A DNA stretch of 63,946 bases, the filler included. It is 7 parts of 7 records of this genome, joined end to end, with 100 filler letters (N's around TTAATTAATTAA, not from the genome) between each part and the next. Parts side by side here need not be neighbours in the genome. Positions count along the whole stretch, not along the records: positions 30,081 to 36,034 come from SRR31156797_49537; positions 36,135 to 63,946 come from SRR31156797_49579; 5 more parts are not named here. One strand, 5' to 3'. A program made the position numbers and the translations under genes. The notes below the pieces were generated by a model. The model saw only the letters and a list, made by a program, of their open reading frames with translations, ran no database searches and was not told where the DNA came from. Every line of letters begins with the position of its first letter. Position 1 is the stretch's first letter. Positions 30,198-39,500 of this stretch are shown piece by piece.

Positions 30198-31233
30198 TTG
30201 AACAGCCTCTATTCTCGGCTTTTGGCAATCGGCCAATTAACCTAAACCTTTTACCACTGCGCCCGCATTCGCACGGACCGGCTTCTACAATCGCCATATC
30301 CTCCGTGTAAACGGAATGGTAAGGGGATCCCCAAGCCAGCGGATTGATCAACTGCAACTGCCCGATGCCACCTGTAAGCGGCTCCAACGTGTAACTATCC
30401 CTCACAAACACATCTGCCCAAACCGGAGGATGTCTGTAGCCTTTTTCGCATAAAGGATAAACCACACCGGTTTGTTCAACCATACCGTAGTAATCTACGA
30501 CTTTTGAATCCGGGTGAAGATCGTTGAGCAACAACGCGGAAAAATCCTGGTGACTGATTTTGCTCTTTTCCAGTTTTTTCCAACCACCGCTATGCACGAA
30601 AATAATTTTTTTCCCTTTCAATAGGTTTCGTACACTTTCAGGGAAAGCCGGTTTCCCCCAAGCCAACCAAAGTATCCATGAAAAACCATAAACTAAAATT
30701 TCATCGTTACGCGCCAAAACTTCTTCCAGCTTCATCCAGTTCATACTCCTTGGATTTTCAGCATCCTCCAATATAAAACAGAGTTCGGAGGCAAACGGCT
30801 TCAAACTCATTGACGCTGCAATTCTTGCCGACATCGTTATTCTCTGCGACAAAGATCGGACAGAATCAATTACTAACAATGGCCTTTTGTTATATCCGAT
30901 AAAGGAGCCTAATATTTTTTTCGAGCTTTCTGCTTGCAGTTTTGAACTTTTCTCATCAAGAACGATTTTGCTGCTTACGCCGGATGTCGATGAAGACAGC
31001 AATGTCCGTTGATGAGTAAGATCGTCATGGCAGGTTCGAATATCCAATTGTTTGAAAAGCCCCACATGGATAAACGGAAGGTCTGCCAATCGCCTTGCAT
31101 CATGCCAATCGCCTACAATTCTCTGATATATCTGGGATCCATTCAGATGAAAATGAACCAACTGGTTAAGTTCGGCAAGCAGCCTTTCATCATCTCTTGG
31201 TCCATATGGATCACTCGATAGAAGTAAAGTCAT
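30190..31233 (-). CDS. LuxE-like acyl-protein synthetase
   Basis: LPF.HVGLFK, SSSTSG..SKI.LD, HSGGWKKL, YYGMVEQ.G, YTED, CECGR.GK.F...GR..KAE.RGCS. Confidence 0.88.
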   Translation of the reverse strand: MTLLLSSDPYGPRDDERLLAELNQLVHFHLNGSQIYQRIVGDWHDARRLADLPFIHVGLFKQLDIRTCHDDLTHQRTLLSSSTSGVSSKIVLDEKSSKLQAESSKKILGSFIGYNKRPLLVIDSVRSLSQRITMSARIAASMSLKPFASELCFILEDAENPRSMNWMKLEEVLARNDEILVYGFSWILWLAWGKPAFPESVRNLLKGKKIIFVHSGGWKKLEKSKISHQDFSALLLNDLHPDSKVVDYYGMVEQTGVVYPLCEKGYRHPPVWADVFVRDSYTLEPLTGGIGQLQLINPLAWGSPYHSVYTEDMAIVEAGPCECGRSGKRFRLIGRLPKAENRGCSNV

Positions 31234-32159
31234 GATCTGCCAAGTTCACAGATTTTTCCAAAAGCGTCCTGTCGAATCAGACAACAATTCATACGGGTAA
31301 AAGGATGACGAATGATCGTTTTCCAGCTCTTCTCAAGGATTGGTAAAAGCAAATTAAAATCATCTATTGAAAAATAAGTCCTCAATTTTTCATCAACGAT
31401 CTTAAAATCTATGCCATATTTTCCAAACAGCATCCTCATTTTATCTGACATTGAGTTGTTCAGGTTCAAAACAGGCCATGCATATATCGAACAAAGTCGG
31501 GCATGACCGAACACATCATGTTCCATGGCATTGACCAACAGAGGCTCAAGGGTATGCGCAATCCCATGTATCAGACCGACACCTGACGATGCTTGGCCCG
31601 CACAAGCCTCTGCACTCAACTCAAACCAGATTGGGTCATTCCAAGATTCTTGTTCAACGATGCGTTTGATCAAATGGCTTAATTTTCCTCTAAGCGCTTC
31701 ATCTGCCAAAGGGGATACAAAGCCCTCCAATGCATGCGACCAAACGTCGCCACAGCCGAATTTTTTCAGATGCTCCGGGATACTGGATGCGAGCTCAGGC
31801 CAATAAGATCGAAAATCCGGCAAGAAAGCCTCATCTTTATGAACAATCTTTTCATTCTTATTATTGATCACCGCCACGTCGGAGTTTTCTGCACCGCTTC
31901 CCCAAATAGATGGAATCGCGACCAATTCCATCATCTCTGCTTTTTGGTTTCTCCAGACCTTGGCAAAGTCAATCAATTTCCCTCCACCGATAACAATGAG
32001 ACAATCGTGTGCCCCATCGGGCGCATCAGGATAGGTATATAGTTTATATTGAAATTTCTTTCTTACAGAAGCATTCAGGGAATTTAAAGTCCAGATGGCT
32101 GGATTGGTATATTTCTTTCTTTCTATTCGCTGTAACTCAATTAATTCAGGTTTATTCAT
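31230..32159 (-). CDS. Iron-containing alcohol dehydrogenase family protein
   Basis: IGGGKLIDFAK, IPS.WGSGAE, D..SHALEG, HGIAH, HARL metal-ligand pattern. Confidence 0.8.
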   Translation of the reverse strand: MNKPELIELQRIERKKYTNPAIWTLNSLNASVRKKFQYKLYTYPDAPDGAHDCLIVIGGGKLIDFAKVWRNQKAEMMELVAIPSIWGSGAENSDVAVINNKNEKIVHKDEAFLPDFRSYWPELASSIPEHLKKFGCGDVWSHALEGFVSPLADEALRGKLSHLIKRIVEQESWNDPIWFELSAEACAGQASSGVGLIHGIAHTLEPLLVNAMEHDVFGHARLCSIYAWPVLNLNNSMSDKMRMLFGKYGIDFKIVDEKLRTYFSIDDFNLLLPILEKSWKTIIRHPFTRMNCCLIRQDAFGKICELGRS

Positions 32160-32397
32160 CGAACGAGATTCCATTTTTCACCAGTAAATTCATCAGTTGC
32201 TGAATATCTTCAATTGATGTAGCCTCTTCAGGTGACATATGATATCCAAATGTATCTTGAACGCCAACAGCCATAGAGACCACGCCTAATGAATCCCAAG
32301 TCTCAATGTCCTCTTTTGTAAGATCGAACGCAAATTCATCATCTTCCAAAAGAAATACATTCAACAATAAATCTTTCAGCTTTTCGCGATTTGTCAT
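32152..32397 (-). CDS. Acyl carrier protein
   Basis: 81 aa, acidic, WDSLG phosphopantetheine site. Confidence 0.88.
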   Translation of the reverse strand: MTNREKLKDLLLNVFLLEDDEFAFDLTKEDIETWDSLGVVSMAVGVQDTFGYHMSPEEATSIEDIQQLMNLLVKNGISFDE

Positions 32398-32400
32398 AGC

Positions 32401-33582
32401 CTAAACCCTTTGCTCCCAATGTATAACTTTATTCTTATCGTTCTTTAGACGATTTGTATCGATCTTACCATTTGTAAGCATTGGCATAGTAAAAATACTC
32501 TCTACCCTTAGTGGCCAATGCGTGCGTGAATGGTTTTTACGAAAGGCCTGAAGGATGGATTTTTTCTTTGATGGTGATAACGCCGGTGCGACCACAAGGA
32601 CATGTCCTTCTTCACCTGATTTATCTCTTTCACGGTAAAATGCCACATCCTTCGACCATACTTGTTTTACGGTGTTGGAAAGTCTTGGCAAGGATATCTT
32701 TTCACCATAGCGTTTATAAACCTCATTCGTTCGACCGGAAATAAACCATGACCCATCTTCAAGCTTGGAGCCGATGTCTCCAGACGGTAACCATTGCTTA
32801 TCTTCTATACGTTTATAGGCTCCTGATGTAAAAAAAGCCAATGACCGGTATGGGCTTCTGAAAACGATATGGCCATTTTCTTCTGCTTTCATCGTTATTC
32901 CCGGCAATGGGAATCCAATGTTATTGCCCTCCTCACTATCTTCCAATTGTCTTATTGTTAACCTGGGCATCGCCTCGGTGCACCCATAGTTATTAAAAAT
33001 TTTTGCCTTCGGAAAGATCTTCTGGATTCTTGGCATTCGCTCTTGTGGAAACGAACCTCCAGCGAAATGAAGCCTCAAGATTCCCGGGAAAGTATGTTTT
33101 GGTAAATATTTTTCGAACATTGAGACCTGGGGGCCAACCAGACACAGCATTGCGCTTTCTGCCTGACAGAGCTTGTTTTTGAACGCAGGGGTGTCTTTAA
33201 ATCCCGACGTAACATGTAATTTTCTTTCATGTACTCTTGCCCAAACGTATTGGTTAATGAACGAATAACTGTAACTTAACGGTAAACTCAGAATTGCACA
33301 TTCAATCGGTTCGCTTTTTTGTATCCGATGAAGAGCCTGGGCAAGCAACTCAGCCCTTTTTTTCGATCCAATAACAATTTTGGGTGTTCCAGTACTACCG
33401 GAAGTCAATAACCCGAAACATCCGTACTTCAATTCATCCGGCAACTTTCTAATGGCTTCATTTACCCATTCATCCGCTAAACCTGTTCGGCGTGGAAAAA
33501 GGAAAAATGTTTCTTCTTGCTGCCAAGCCTCATCAAGAAAAGAAATACTCTTGACTATTTCTTCGTCAATTAAAATCTTCAA
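32401..33582 (-). CDS. Short adenylate-forming (AMP-binding) enzyme
   Basis: TSGSTGTPK, YGCTEA, SGDIG, GR...GEKI, NGKID. Confidence 0.85.
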   Translation of the reverse strand: MKILIDEEIVKSISFLDEAWQQEETFFLFPRRTGLADEWVNEAIRKLPDELKYGCFGLLTSGSTGTPKIVIGSKKRAELLAQALHRIQKSEPIECAILSLPLSYSYSFINQYVWARVHERKLHVTSGFKDTPAFKNKLCQAESAMLCLVGPQVSMFEKYLPKHTFPGILRLHFAGGSFPQERMPRIQKIFPKAKIFNNYGCTEAMPRLTIRQLEDSEEGNNIGFPLPGITMKAEENGHIVFRSPYRSLAFFTSGAYKRIEDKQWLPSGDIGSKLEDGSWFISGRTNEVYKRYGEKISLPRLSNTVKQVWSKDVAFYRERDKSGEEGHVLVVAPALSPSKKKSILQAFRKNHSRTHWPLRVESIFTMPMLTNGKIDTNRLKNDKNKVIHWEQRV

Positions 33583-33627
33583 TTTGATTTTCTCAGTGAT
33601 TATTGTACGATGGATCCGAATTTAAGC

Positions 33628-34290
33628 TTATTGATTGGGAAGGCACATCGTGTTCGGTTTTTCAATGAGTCGCGAATTATCTTTAGCGCTTCTTGCGACA
33701 ACAGCACCTGCACTAACAAGACAATTATCACCAATGCTTACTCCTGGGTAGGTTATTACCCCGCTTCCGATAAAGCTGTTTTCTCCAATTGTGGTCCGAC
33801 CAGATAAAATACAGCCGGGGCTAACAATGGAATTTTGCTTTATCGTTACATCATGACCAATCGAACAATTAAAGTTAACCACAGAATGTGCACAAAGATT
33901 TGCGCCAATGCCAACAGTGGCATTGGCGCCTATATACGCGCCCTCGGCGATTTTTACGGATTGCATTACAGCGGCACTTTTATGGATAACCTTTCCAAAT
34001 TTAATATCGGGAACACGATTTAATAGTTTTTTTAATGTTTTCTTTCGATTGCTTGAGTTACCAATACCAAAGATGAAACAACAACCGGAGCAGTCGTAGC
34101 TGTTTAAAAAGTCCTCTACGCTTATTATCCCTATTCCTTCTACTTTGTTTCCTTGCTTTTCAACATCATCATCAATAAATGCAATTGTTTGCCAATAAGG
34201 GGAATAATCAAGGTTAGGTTCCATTCCGGCAAACATGATCTCTCTCCCCAAATCACCGGCACCATAAATAATGAGCTGCTTTTTTTCCAT
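33628..34290 (-). CDS. NeuD/PglD-family sugar acyltransferase
   Basis: IYGAG.LGRE, FIDD, GIGN...R, hexapeptide repeats, SIGHD. Confidence 0.88.
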   Translation of the reverse strand: MEKKQLIIYGAGDLGREIMFAGMEPNLDYSPYWQTIAFIDDDVEKQGNKVEGIGIISVEDFLNSYDCSGCCFIFGIGNSSNRKKTLKKLLNRVPDIKFGKVIHKSAAVMQSVKIAEGAYIGANATVGIGANLCAHSVVNFNCSIGHDVTIKQNSIVSPGCILSGRTTIGENSFIGSGVITYPGVSIGDNCLVSAGAVVARSAKDNSRLIEKPNTMCLPNQ

Positions 34291-34445
34291 TGAGTAAGCC
34301 TCTACGTCTATCCTAAAATTGTATTTTTCTTTCACACGTCCTTACAAACATTTTCTGCTATTGTGCCGTCATTCAGACGATATAAGCTCTATTCCAAACC
34401 CTCACTTAATGCCAACGGGTGTCCATGATGACGTGATATCGATCC

Positions 34446-35072
34446 TCAACCCTTATAATTGCTTTGCGCAATTCGCGGATTAAACTCCGGCATCGTGGCC
34501 TCCCCCTCCGCCGAAATCCCCTCCCGATTCACCACTTTTAACAGCGTCAAAGCGATAATTTTTAAATCTAACCCAAACGACCGGTTGTCAACGTACCAAA
34601 CATCCAGCTTGAATTTCTCCTCCCATGAGATGGCATTTCTTCCATTGATCTGGGCCCACCCGGTCAACCCGGGTTTTACCTCATGCCGCCGGGCCTGTTC
34701 AGGCGTATATCGATCCAGATACTGCATTAACAAGGGACGCGGCCCTACGATGCTCATGTCTCCCTTGAGGATGTTAATCAATTCAGGAAGTTCATCCAAA
34801 GAAGTAGACCGAAGAAATCGCCCCAACGGTACCAGCCTTTCTGCATCCGGTAATACCTTACCCTCCAGATCTCTATCGTTCGTCATCGTCCTGAATTTAT
34901 ACAGAGTAAACGGTTTGCCGTAAATTCCAGGCCGTATCTGGCTAAACAAAACCGGAAAACCGATCGCAACGCGGATACCGGCAGCAATGGCGATTAAAAG
35001 AGGGCTTAGAAAGAAGGTTGCAGGGACCGTCAGGAACAGGTCAAAAATTCTTTTCAACGATATTTCACTCAT
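34446..35072 (-). CDS. Priming phosphoglycosyltransferase (PglC/EpsL-type sugar transferase)
   Basis: KRIFD, YKFRTM, SLDELPEL.N.LKGDMS.VGPRP, KPGLTGWAQINGRN. Confidence 0.92.
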   Translation of the reverse strand: MSEISLKRIFDLFLTVPATFFLSPLLIAIAAGIRVAIGFPVLFSQIRPGIYGKPFTLYKFRTMTNDRDLEGKVLPDAERLVPLGRFLRSTSLDELPELINILKGDMSIVGPRPLLMQYLDRYTPEQARRHEVKPGLTGWAQINGRNAISWEEKFKLDVWYVDNRSFGLDLKIIALTLLKVVNREGISAEGEATMPEFNPRIAQSNYKG

Positions 35073-36034
35073 GGCCAAACAAAGTCTTTACCCAAACTGC
35101 CGATGAAACAGGCGTTGTTCTCTATTGTTGTGCTGGTCGATTGAGGAGATGTATACTGAGCCGTCTCATTGACCCCAAAAGAGGCAATGATGACACCGTT
35201 CACCACTCCGTCCGCATCACCGACACCTCCGTCGACATAACCCACAACTGCATGCAGCGGATCATCAATGATTGCGTTCCCGTCAGCCGTATAGTTTTGC
35301 CATCCATTGACTGTATCCCACAAATAAACGGATGCGGAACTGGAAATATTTTGGGAAAAAAAGAATTCTGCAAAAACCGGGTCTTCGGTGGAAACCTTCA
35401 TTTTGAACTGGACCAATCCATAGGCCAGGTATGAGTTTTCCTCACCCGGAATCGCTGCGACATCCACGATCCTCATCTTGTCAATGGAATCAATGCCGCT
35501 GCCCGCCTTAATGGCAATCATCTGGTCAATTTCCGGGTCCGTAACCGCAAGATAGGTTTCATCAAAACGATCCAGATCTCCATCTATATCCAAATCTACC
35601 GTATCGTCTTCAACCTTTTGATCGAGAAGAACGGATTCACCATAGAAAGGATCGTATCCATTGGTTGAGAAGAGCTGTTGCTCCGACCAGAGTTCTCCGA
35701 TGCTTTTCTCATCCGTGTACCGGGCCCGCCAACGGTACGACTGGTTGGCCTCCAACACGAGATCGGGAATGGTAATAAATTCAAGCGGACTGGATGTCGT
35801 TACATCAAAAACGATGAGCCCCTCCTGCTCTTGAACGAGTTCCCATTGCGTAGACAGATGCTCAGCCACACCAGTGTAAGGAGTTGTCATCAAAACGACC
35901 TGCTCGGTCAGGTCTACCTGACTGTCGTCCAATGGTATGTAAAGCACGGCGATACAGGGGTCGTTTTCGTCATAGGGATTTGTATTGTGCTCGCACTCTT
36001 TCCTATTGGACAAACCGTCCCCATCTTGATCCCC
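35069..36034 (-). CDS. Acidic surface protein, 5'-truncated, with choice-of-anchor-U-like domain and C-terminal CFI motif
   Basis: Fn3-like YRWRARY; DGGVGDADGVVNGVI motif; Ser/Thr linker then ACFIGSL near the C-terminus. Confidence 0.65.
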   Translation of the reverse strand, partial: GDQDGDGLSNRKECEHNTNPYDENDPCIAVLYIPLDDSQVDLTEQVVLMTTPYTGVAEHLSTQWELVQEQEGLIVFDVTTSSPLEFITIPDLVLEANQSYRWRARYTDEKSIGELWSEQQLFSTNGYDPFYGESVLLDQKVEDDTVDLDIDGDLDRFDETYLAVTDPEIDQMIAIKAGSGIDSIDKMRIVDVAAIPGEENSYLAYGLVQFKMKVSTEDPVFAEFFFSQNISSSASVYLWDTVNGWQNYTADGNAIIDDPLHAVVGYVDGGVGDADGVVNGVIIASFGVNETAQYTSPQSTSTTIENNACFIGSLGKDFVWP

Positions 36035-36134
36035 NNNNNNNNNNNNNNNNNNNNNNNNNNNNNNNNNNNNNNNNNNNNTTAATTAATTAANNNNNNNNNN
36101 NNNNNNNNNNNNNNNNNNNNNNNNNNNNNNNNNN
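36035..36134. other. Artificial contig spacer
   Basis: N-run with TTAATTAATTAA linker. Confidence 0.98.
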
Positions 36135-36174
36135 GCCGTAAAGGCGAAACCTTTTTAATAAAGACCGTTTGCCC

Positions 36175-36260
36175 CTTCACTGCGAAGCACACAACGCCCA
36201 CCAAAAAAAGTACCCCTTTTTCCCTTTATCTTCATTGCGGTCGCCCGCAACGCCCACCAA
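36175..36260. repeat. Imperfect two-copy direct repeat near the contig edge
   Basis: CTTCAYTGCG...CAACGCCCACCAA at 36175-36204 and 36230-36260. Confidence 0.45.
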
Positions 36261-36291
36261 GAAAGTACACACTCAAAAAAGGAACCTTACA

Positions 36292-37074
36292 CTATCGAAG
36301 AAGAAGCCTCTGCGCAGCAGAAAAGCACCGTCGGCGGACCAACCCCGAGACGATGAGCGTCCCCAATGAAGTCGACGCAACTAACATCAACATGACCACG
36401 ATTTGATAACGAATGGCTATGAGTGGATCAGTCCCGGATAAAATCTGACCGGTCATCATTCCCGGTAGGGATACCAAACCCACGGCCATGAGTGAGTTGA
36501 TGGACGGGATCATTCCCGCCTTGATCGCGTTGCGCAGGATATCCTGCGAGGCTTCACGATAATCCGCACCAAGTGCGAGTTTCATTTCCACCTCTTCCCG
36601 TCGAGTTTTGAGGTCCGAGAAGAGCCGATCCAGACAAATGGAAATTGCGGTCATGGAATTCCCGACAATCATACCTGCCAGCGGGATGAAATATTGGGGC
36701 GTCCACCATGGTTTGGCCCCGACAATCACGCCGGTAACGAGCATGGTGACGAGTGAATAGGTAACGATCATGGAGAGAAATGTCGGGATGACAAAGGGGA
36801 TGGTTTTTTCAGACACACGGCCACGTATGATATGCACAGCCGCAGTGACCATGCCTGTAAACATGAGCAACACGAGCCAGCTTATATTTGCACTGAAAAC
36901 GAATTTGAGGACGTAGCCCATGAGAAAAAGTTGAGCAAATGTTCGGATGGTGCCGATGAAGAGATCTCGCCCAAGGCCGAGATTATATTTGAAGGACGTG
37001 ACGCCTGCCAACAGCACGAATCCGAGACAGAGGGAGAGTTGAAGCGGACCTATTTCAATGATGGATTGGGTCAT
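36292..37074 (-). CDS. fetB: ABC permease, UPF0014/FetB family
   Basis: RTFAQL..MGYVL, IPLAGMIVGNSM, GLVSLPGMMTGQILSG..P..AIRYQI. Confidence 0.88.
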   Translation of the reverse strand: MTQSIIEIGPLQLSLCLGFVLLAGVTSFKYNLGLGRDLFIGTIRTFAQLFLMGYVLKFVFSANISWLVLLMFTGMVTAAVHIIRGRVSEKTIPFVIPTFLSMIVTYSLVTMLVTGVIVGAKPWWTPQYFIPLAGMIVGNSMTAISICLDRLFSDLKTRREEVEMKLALGADYREASQDILRNAIKAGMIPSINSLMAVGLVSLPGMMTGQILSGTDPLIAIRYQIVVMLMLVASTSLGTLIVSGLVRRRCFSAAQRLLLR

Positions 37075-37724
37075 TGCACCACCAGCCCTTTGTCGAGAAT
37101 AGAGACGATTTGATTGACGCCTTCCGGTGTTTTTTCAGAGTGGGAAATCATGATGACCGTGATTCCCTGACGACTGAGTTCCATTGTTTTTTTGAGCACG
37201 ACTTCCGCGCTTTCCGGGTCAAGCGAAGCAGTGGGTTCGTCCAGCAAAATGACTTCAGGGTGGAGTAACAGACTGCGAATGAGACATATTCGTTGTGATT
37301 GCCCCACGGACAACCTGTCCGCTTCGCTGTCCAATGTTAGCCCTGTGAGCAGAAATGAATCCAAGTACCCGGTTAGTTCCAGATCAGCAGGAGGGGTGAC
37401 GTCTTTATTGGCATGGAACGAAAAGGGAAGCAGTAGGTTGTCTCGCACGGTTCCGGGAAGCAGGGTGGGCATTTGTTGAACGTATGCCACGCACCGTCGC
37501 AGGGATGCCGGAGCAATGTCGGTGATGTCACATTCCTTATAGTGAATGCTGCCGGACTGGATTTCTTCCAACCGGCAGAGCAGGCGGAGCAGCGTGGACT
37601 TCCCTGAACCGGATGGCCCTCGTACGAGATAATACGCCCCTTGCTCGAAAGTCAGATTGGCATCGTGCAAAATGGCTGGGCCATTCGGGTATGAAAAGGA
37701 TACGGATTCAAGAGTTAAACACAT
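37071..37724 (-). CDS. fetA: ABC ATP-binding protein, FetA-like
   Basis: GPSGSGKSTL, LSVGQ.QR, LLDEPTASLD; overlaps the fetB start. Confidence 0.82.
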   Translation of the reverse strand: MCLTLESVSFSYPNGPAILHDANLTFEQGAYYLVRGPSGSGKSTLLRLLCRLEEIQSGSIHYKECDITDIAPASLRRCVAYVQQMPTLLPGTVRDNLLLPFSFHANKDVTPPADLELTGYLDSFLLTGLTLDSEADRLSVGQSQRICLIRSLLLHPEVILLDEPTASLDPESAEVVLKKTMELSRQGITVIMISHSEKTPEGVNQIVSILDKGLVVQ

Positions 37725-37727
37725 GCG

Positions 37728-38531
37728 TTATTCTTCTTTATTGATATATGCCAAAAATTTGTTGGCTTCTTCGAAAGAAGGATTCAGTTCAAGAGCCTTG
37801 GTCAGGTTCGCTTGGCATTCGTCCTTTTCACCTTGTTCAAAATAGGCGCGGGCGATGTTGTAGTAGAGGTTTTCGTCGTTTTCAGTGATTTCAAGAGCGC
37901 GGGTGTAATATTCAACGGCCTGATCAAGCAGCTTGGATTTGCGTAGGTTGATGCCGAATTCGTTGAACAGGTGCTTGTGCTCGGGGGCAAATGCTGCATC
38001 CAGACCGACTACCCGTTCGAAGATATCTCCCGCTTTTTCCGTCTCCCCTCGCTCCATATAGGTCAGGCCGAGGCCGAAATTAGCGCGGACGTTTTGCTCG
38101 TCGAAGTTGAGCGTGGCTTCATACTCAAATTGAGCTGAGTAGAGTGCCCCTTGTTCGCGTTGGTTTTCGGCGCGTTTCAAGGTGGAGTCCATTTCCTGCA
38201 TTCTCGGATAAACTTCTGCCTGATAGTACTCCAATTCCGGATTGAATTTTTCCAGAAAATCGGGCAGCGCAAAGGCTTCTTTGGGGCCGGATGGGATGTT
38301 GTTATTATTCAGAGGTTGGACCATGACCACCCGCCCATTCTCGTCTGGGTCAGCTTCTTCGGCAAACCAGTATGACTTCTGGATAGCCTTACGGGAAGTG
38401 GTGCCGGTGCCGACCCGGTTGACAGATTGAGAAGAAAATACTCCGAAGATTTTTTCGAGTTCCACATCTTCGGGAATAGTGACGGTCTCCATGGGTTCAT
38501 CCGGGGCGACCTTGTTTTTATCTTGACTCAC
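37728..38531 (-). CDS. Tetratricopeptide repeat protein
   Basis: C-terminal TPR helices (RANFGLGLTY, FNEFGINLRK, NLYYNIARAY). Confidence 0.85.
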   Translation of the reverse strand: MSQDKNKVAPDEPMETVTIPEDVELEKIFGVFSSQSVNRVGTGTTSRKAIQKSYWFAEEADPDENGRVVMVQPLNNNNIPSGPKEAFALPDFLEKFNPELEYYQAEVYPRMQEMDSTLKRAENQREQGALYSAQFEYEATLNFDEQNVRANFGLGLTYMERGETEKAGDIFERVVGLDAAFAPEHKHLFNEFGINLRKSKLLDQAVEYYTRALEITENDENLYYNIARAYFEQGEKDECQANLTKALELNPSFEEANKFLAYINKEE

Positions 38532-38929
38532 GACATGTCCTTGATTGGTTTCAATTCATTATGTGTGAACAAAAATTACACGGCAGTGCCATGAATGGCA
38601 ACTGGCAGGGGTGTCGATTGAACGACAAAATAACACGTTCACAGGATGCGTGCATCAGATCAATTGCCGTGTGTATTGATGCAAAAGTTTAAGCCTTTAT
38701 TCGATGCGGAGGACATACGTTTCCGACGAACATTCGTTTGACTGGATACGAGAAAAAAAGATGTATCCAATGTAAAAAGATGACCATCTTCTCCCACCCC
38801 CTCCAAGGTGACAATCCGGTTTGTTTCGGGTAAACGCAAAGACGGCGAATTACTGTCTTCTGGATCGAATGATTCCAGAAGATTTTATATAATGTAGATA
38901 ATTGTTGATGTTTCAAGGAGACTCCACTG

Positions 38930-39490
38930 ATGGACAATGTCGGCAAAAGGATTCAGTCCTACCGAGAAAAACAGAATCTGACCATTGAGGATTTGGCCAA
39001 TCGAACCACTTTGAGCGAAGATTTCATTCGCGCCGTTGAAGACGAGGACATGTACCCTTCACTACAGCCGCTCGTGAAATTGGCACGTGCACTGGGTGTG
39101 CGGCTTGGTACTTTTATGGATGATCATGTGTCCCGCGATCCGTTGATCACTCGCCTTGGGGAACGTACGGAAGAACTGGTCATGCATCCCGCCGGGAAGG
39201 AACCAGGATTGAAGTTCCATTCCCTTGGCAAGGGAAAGACTGACCGTCATATGGAACCATTTTTTATTGAATTGATGCCCGAATCCGCCAAGGACGATCA
39301 TCTTTCTTCGCATGAGGGAGAAGAATTCATCATCGTTCAATCCGGTAAGGTGCGCATCAAATACGGCCAGGAAGAAACCATCCTTGAAAAAGGGGACTCT
39401 ACTTATTTCAATTCCGTAGTACCGCACAATGTGGCGTGTGCCGGTGACGAAATGGCCGAAATCTATGCTGTCCTTTACTTCCCCGAATAG
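38930..39490 (+). CDS. XRE-family HTH plus cupin regulator
   Basis: N-terminal HTH_3; MEPFFI, HEGEEF, GDS.YFNS.VPH; AAGGAG RBS. Confidence 0.9.
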   Translation: MDNVGKRIQSYREKQNLTIEDLANRTTLSEDFIRAVEDEDMYPSLQPLVKLARALGVRLGTFMDDHVSRDPLITRLGERTEELVMHPAGKEPGLKFHSLGKGKTDRHMEPFFIELMPESAKDDHLSSHEGEEFIIVQSGKVRIKYGQEETILEKGDSTYFNSVVPHNVACAGDEMAEIYAVLYFPE

Positions 39491-39500
39491 GGAGGCCGTC

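Noticed and set aside
30190-31233. Bioluminescence lux operon
   Set aside because: No luxA/luxB visible, and the context is glycan biosynthesis.
7728-36134. Six identical TTAATTAATTAA motifs within N-runs
   Set aside because: Artificial joining linkers with all-frame stops; not a biological repeat. Gene associations across them were ignored.
38800-38860. Possible c-di-GMP-I riboswitch (contains ACGCAAAG)
   Set aside because: Lacks the upstream GGCAAAC/GNRA stem and the second-stem consensus.
38689-38946. 85-aa minus-strand ORF in the divergent promoter region
   Set aside because: No motifs, overlaps the XRE start, and is likely spurious.
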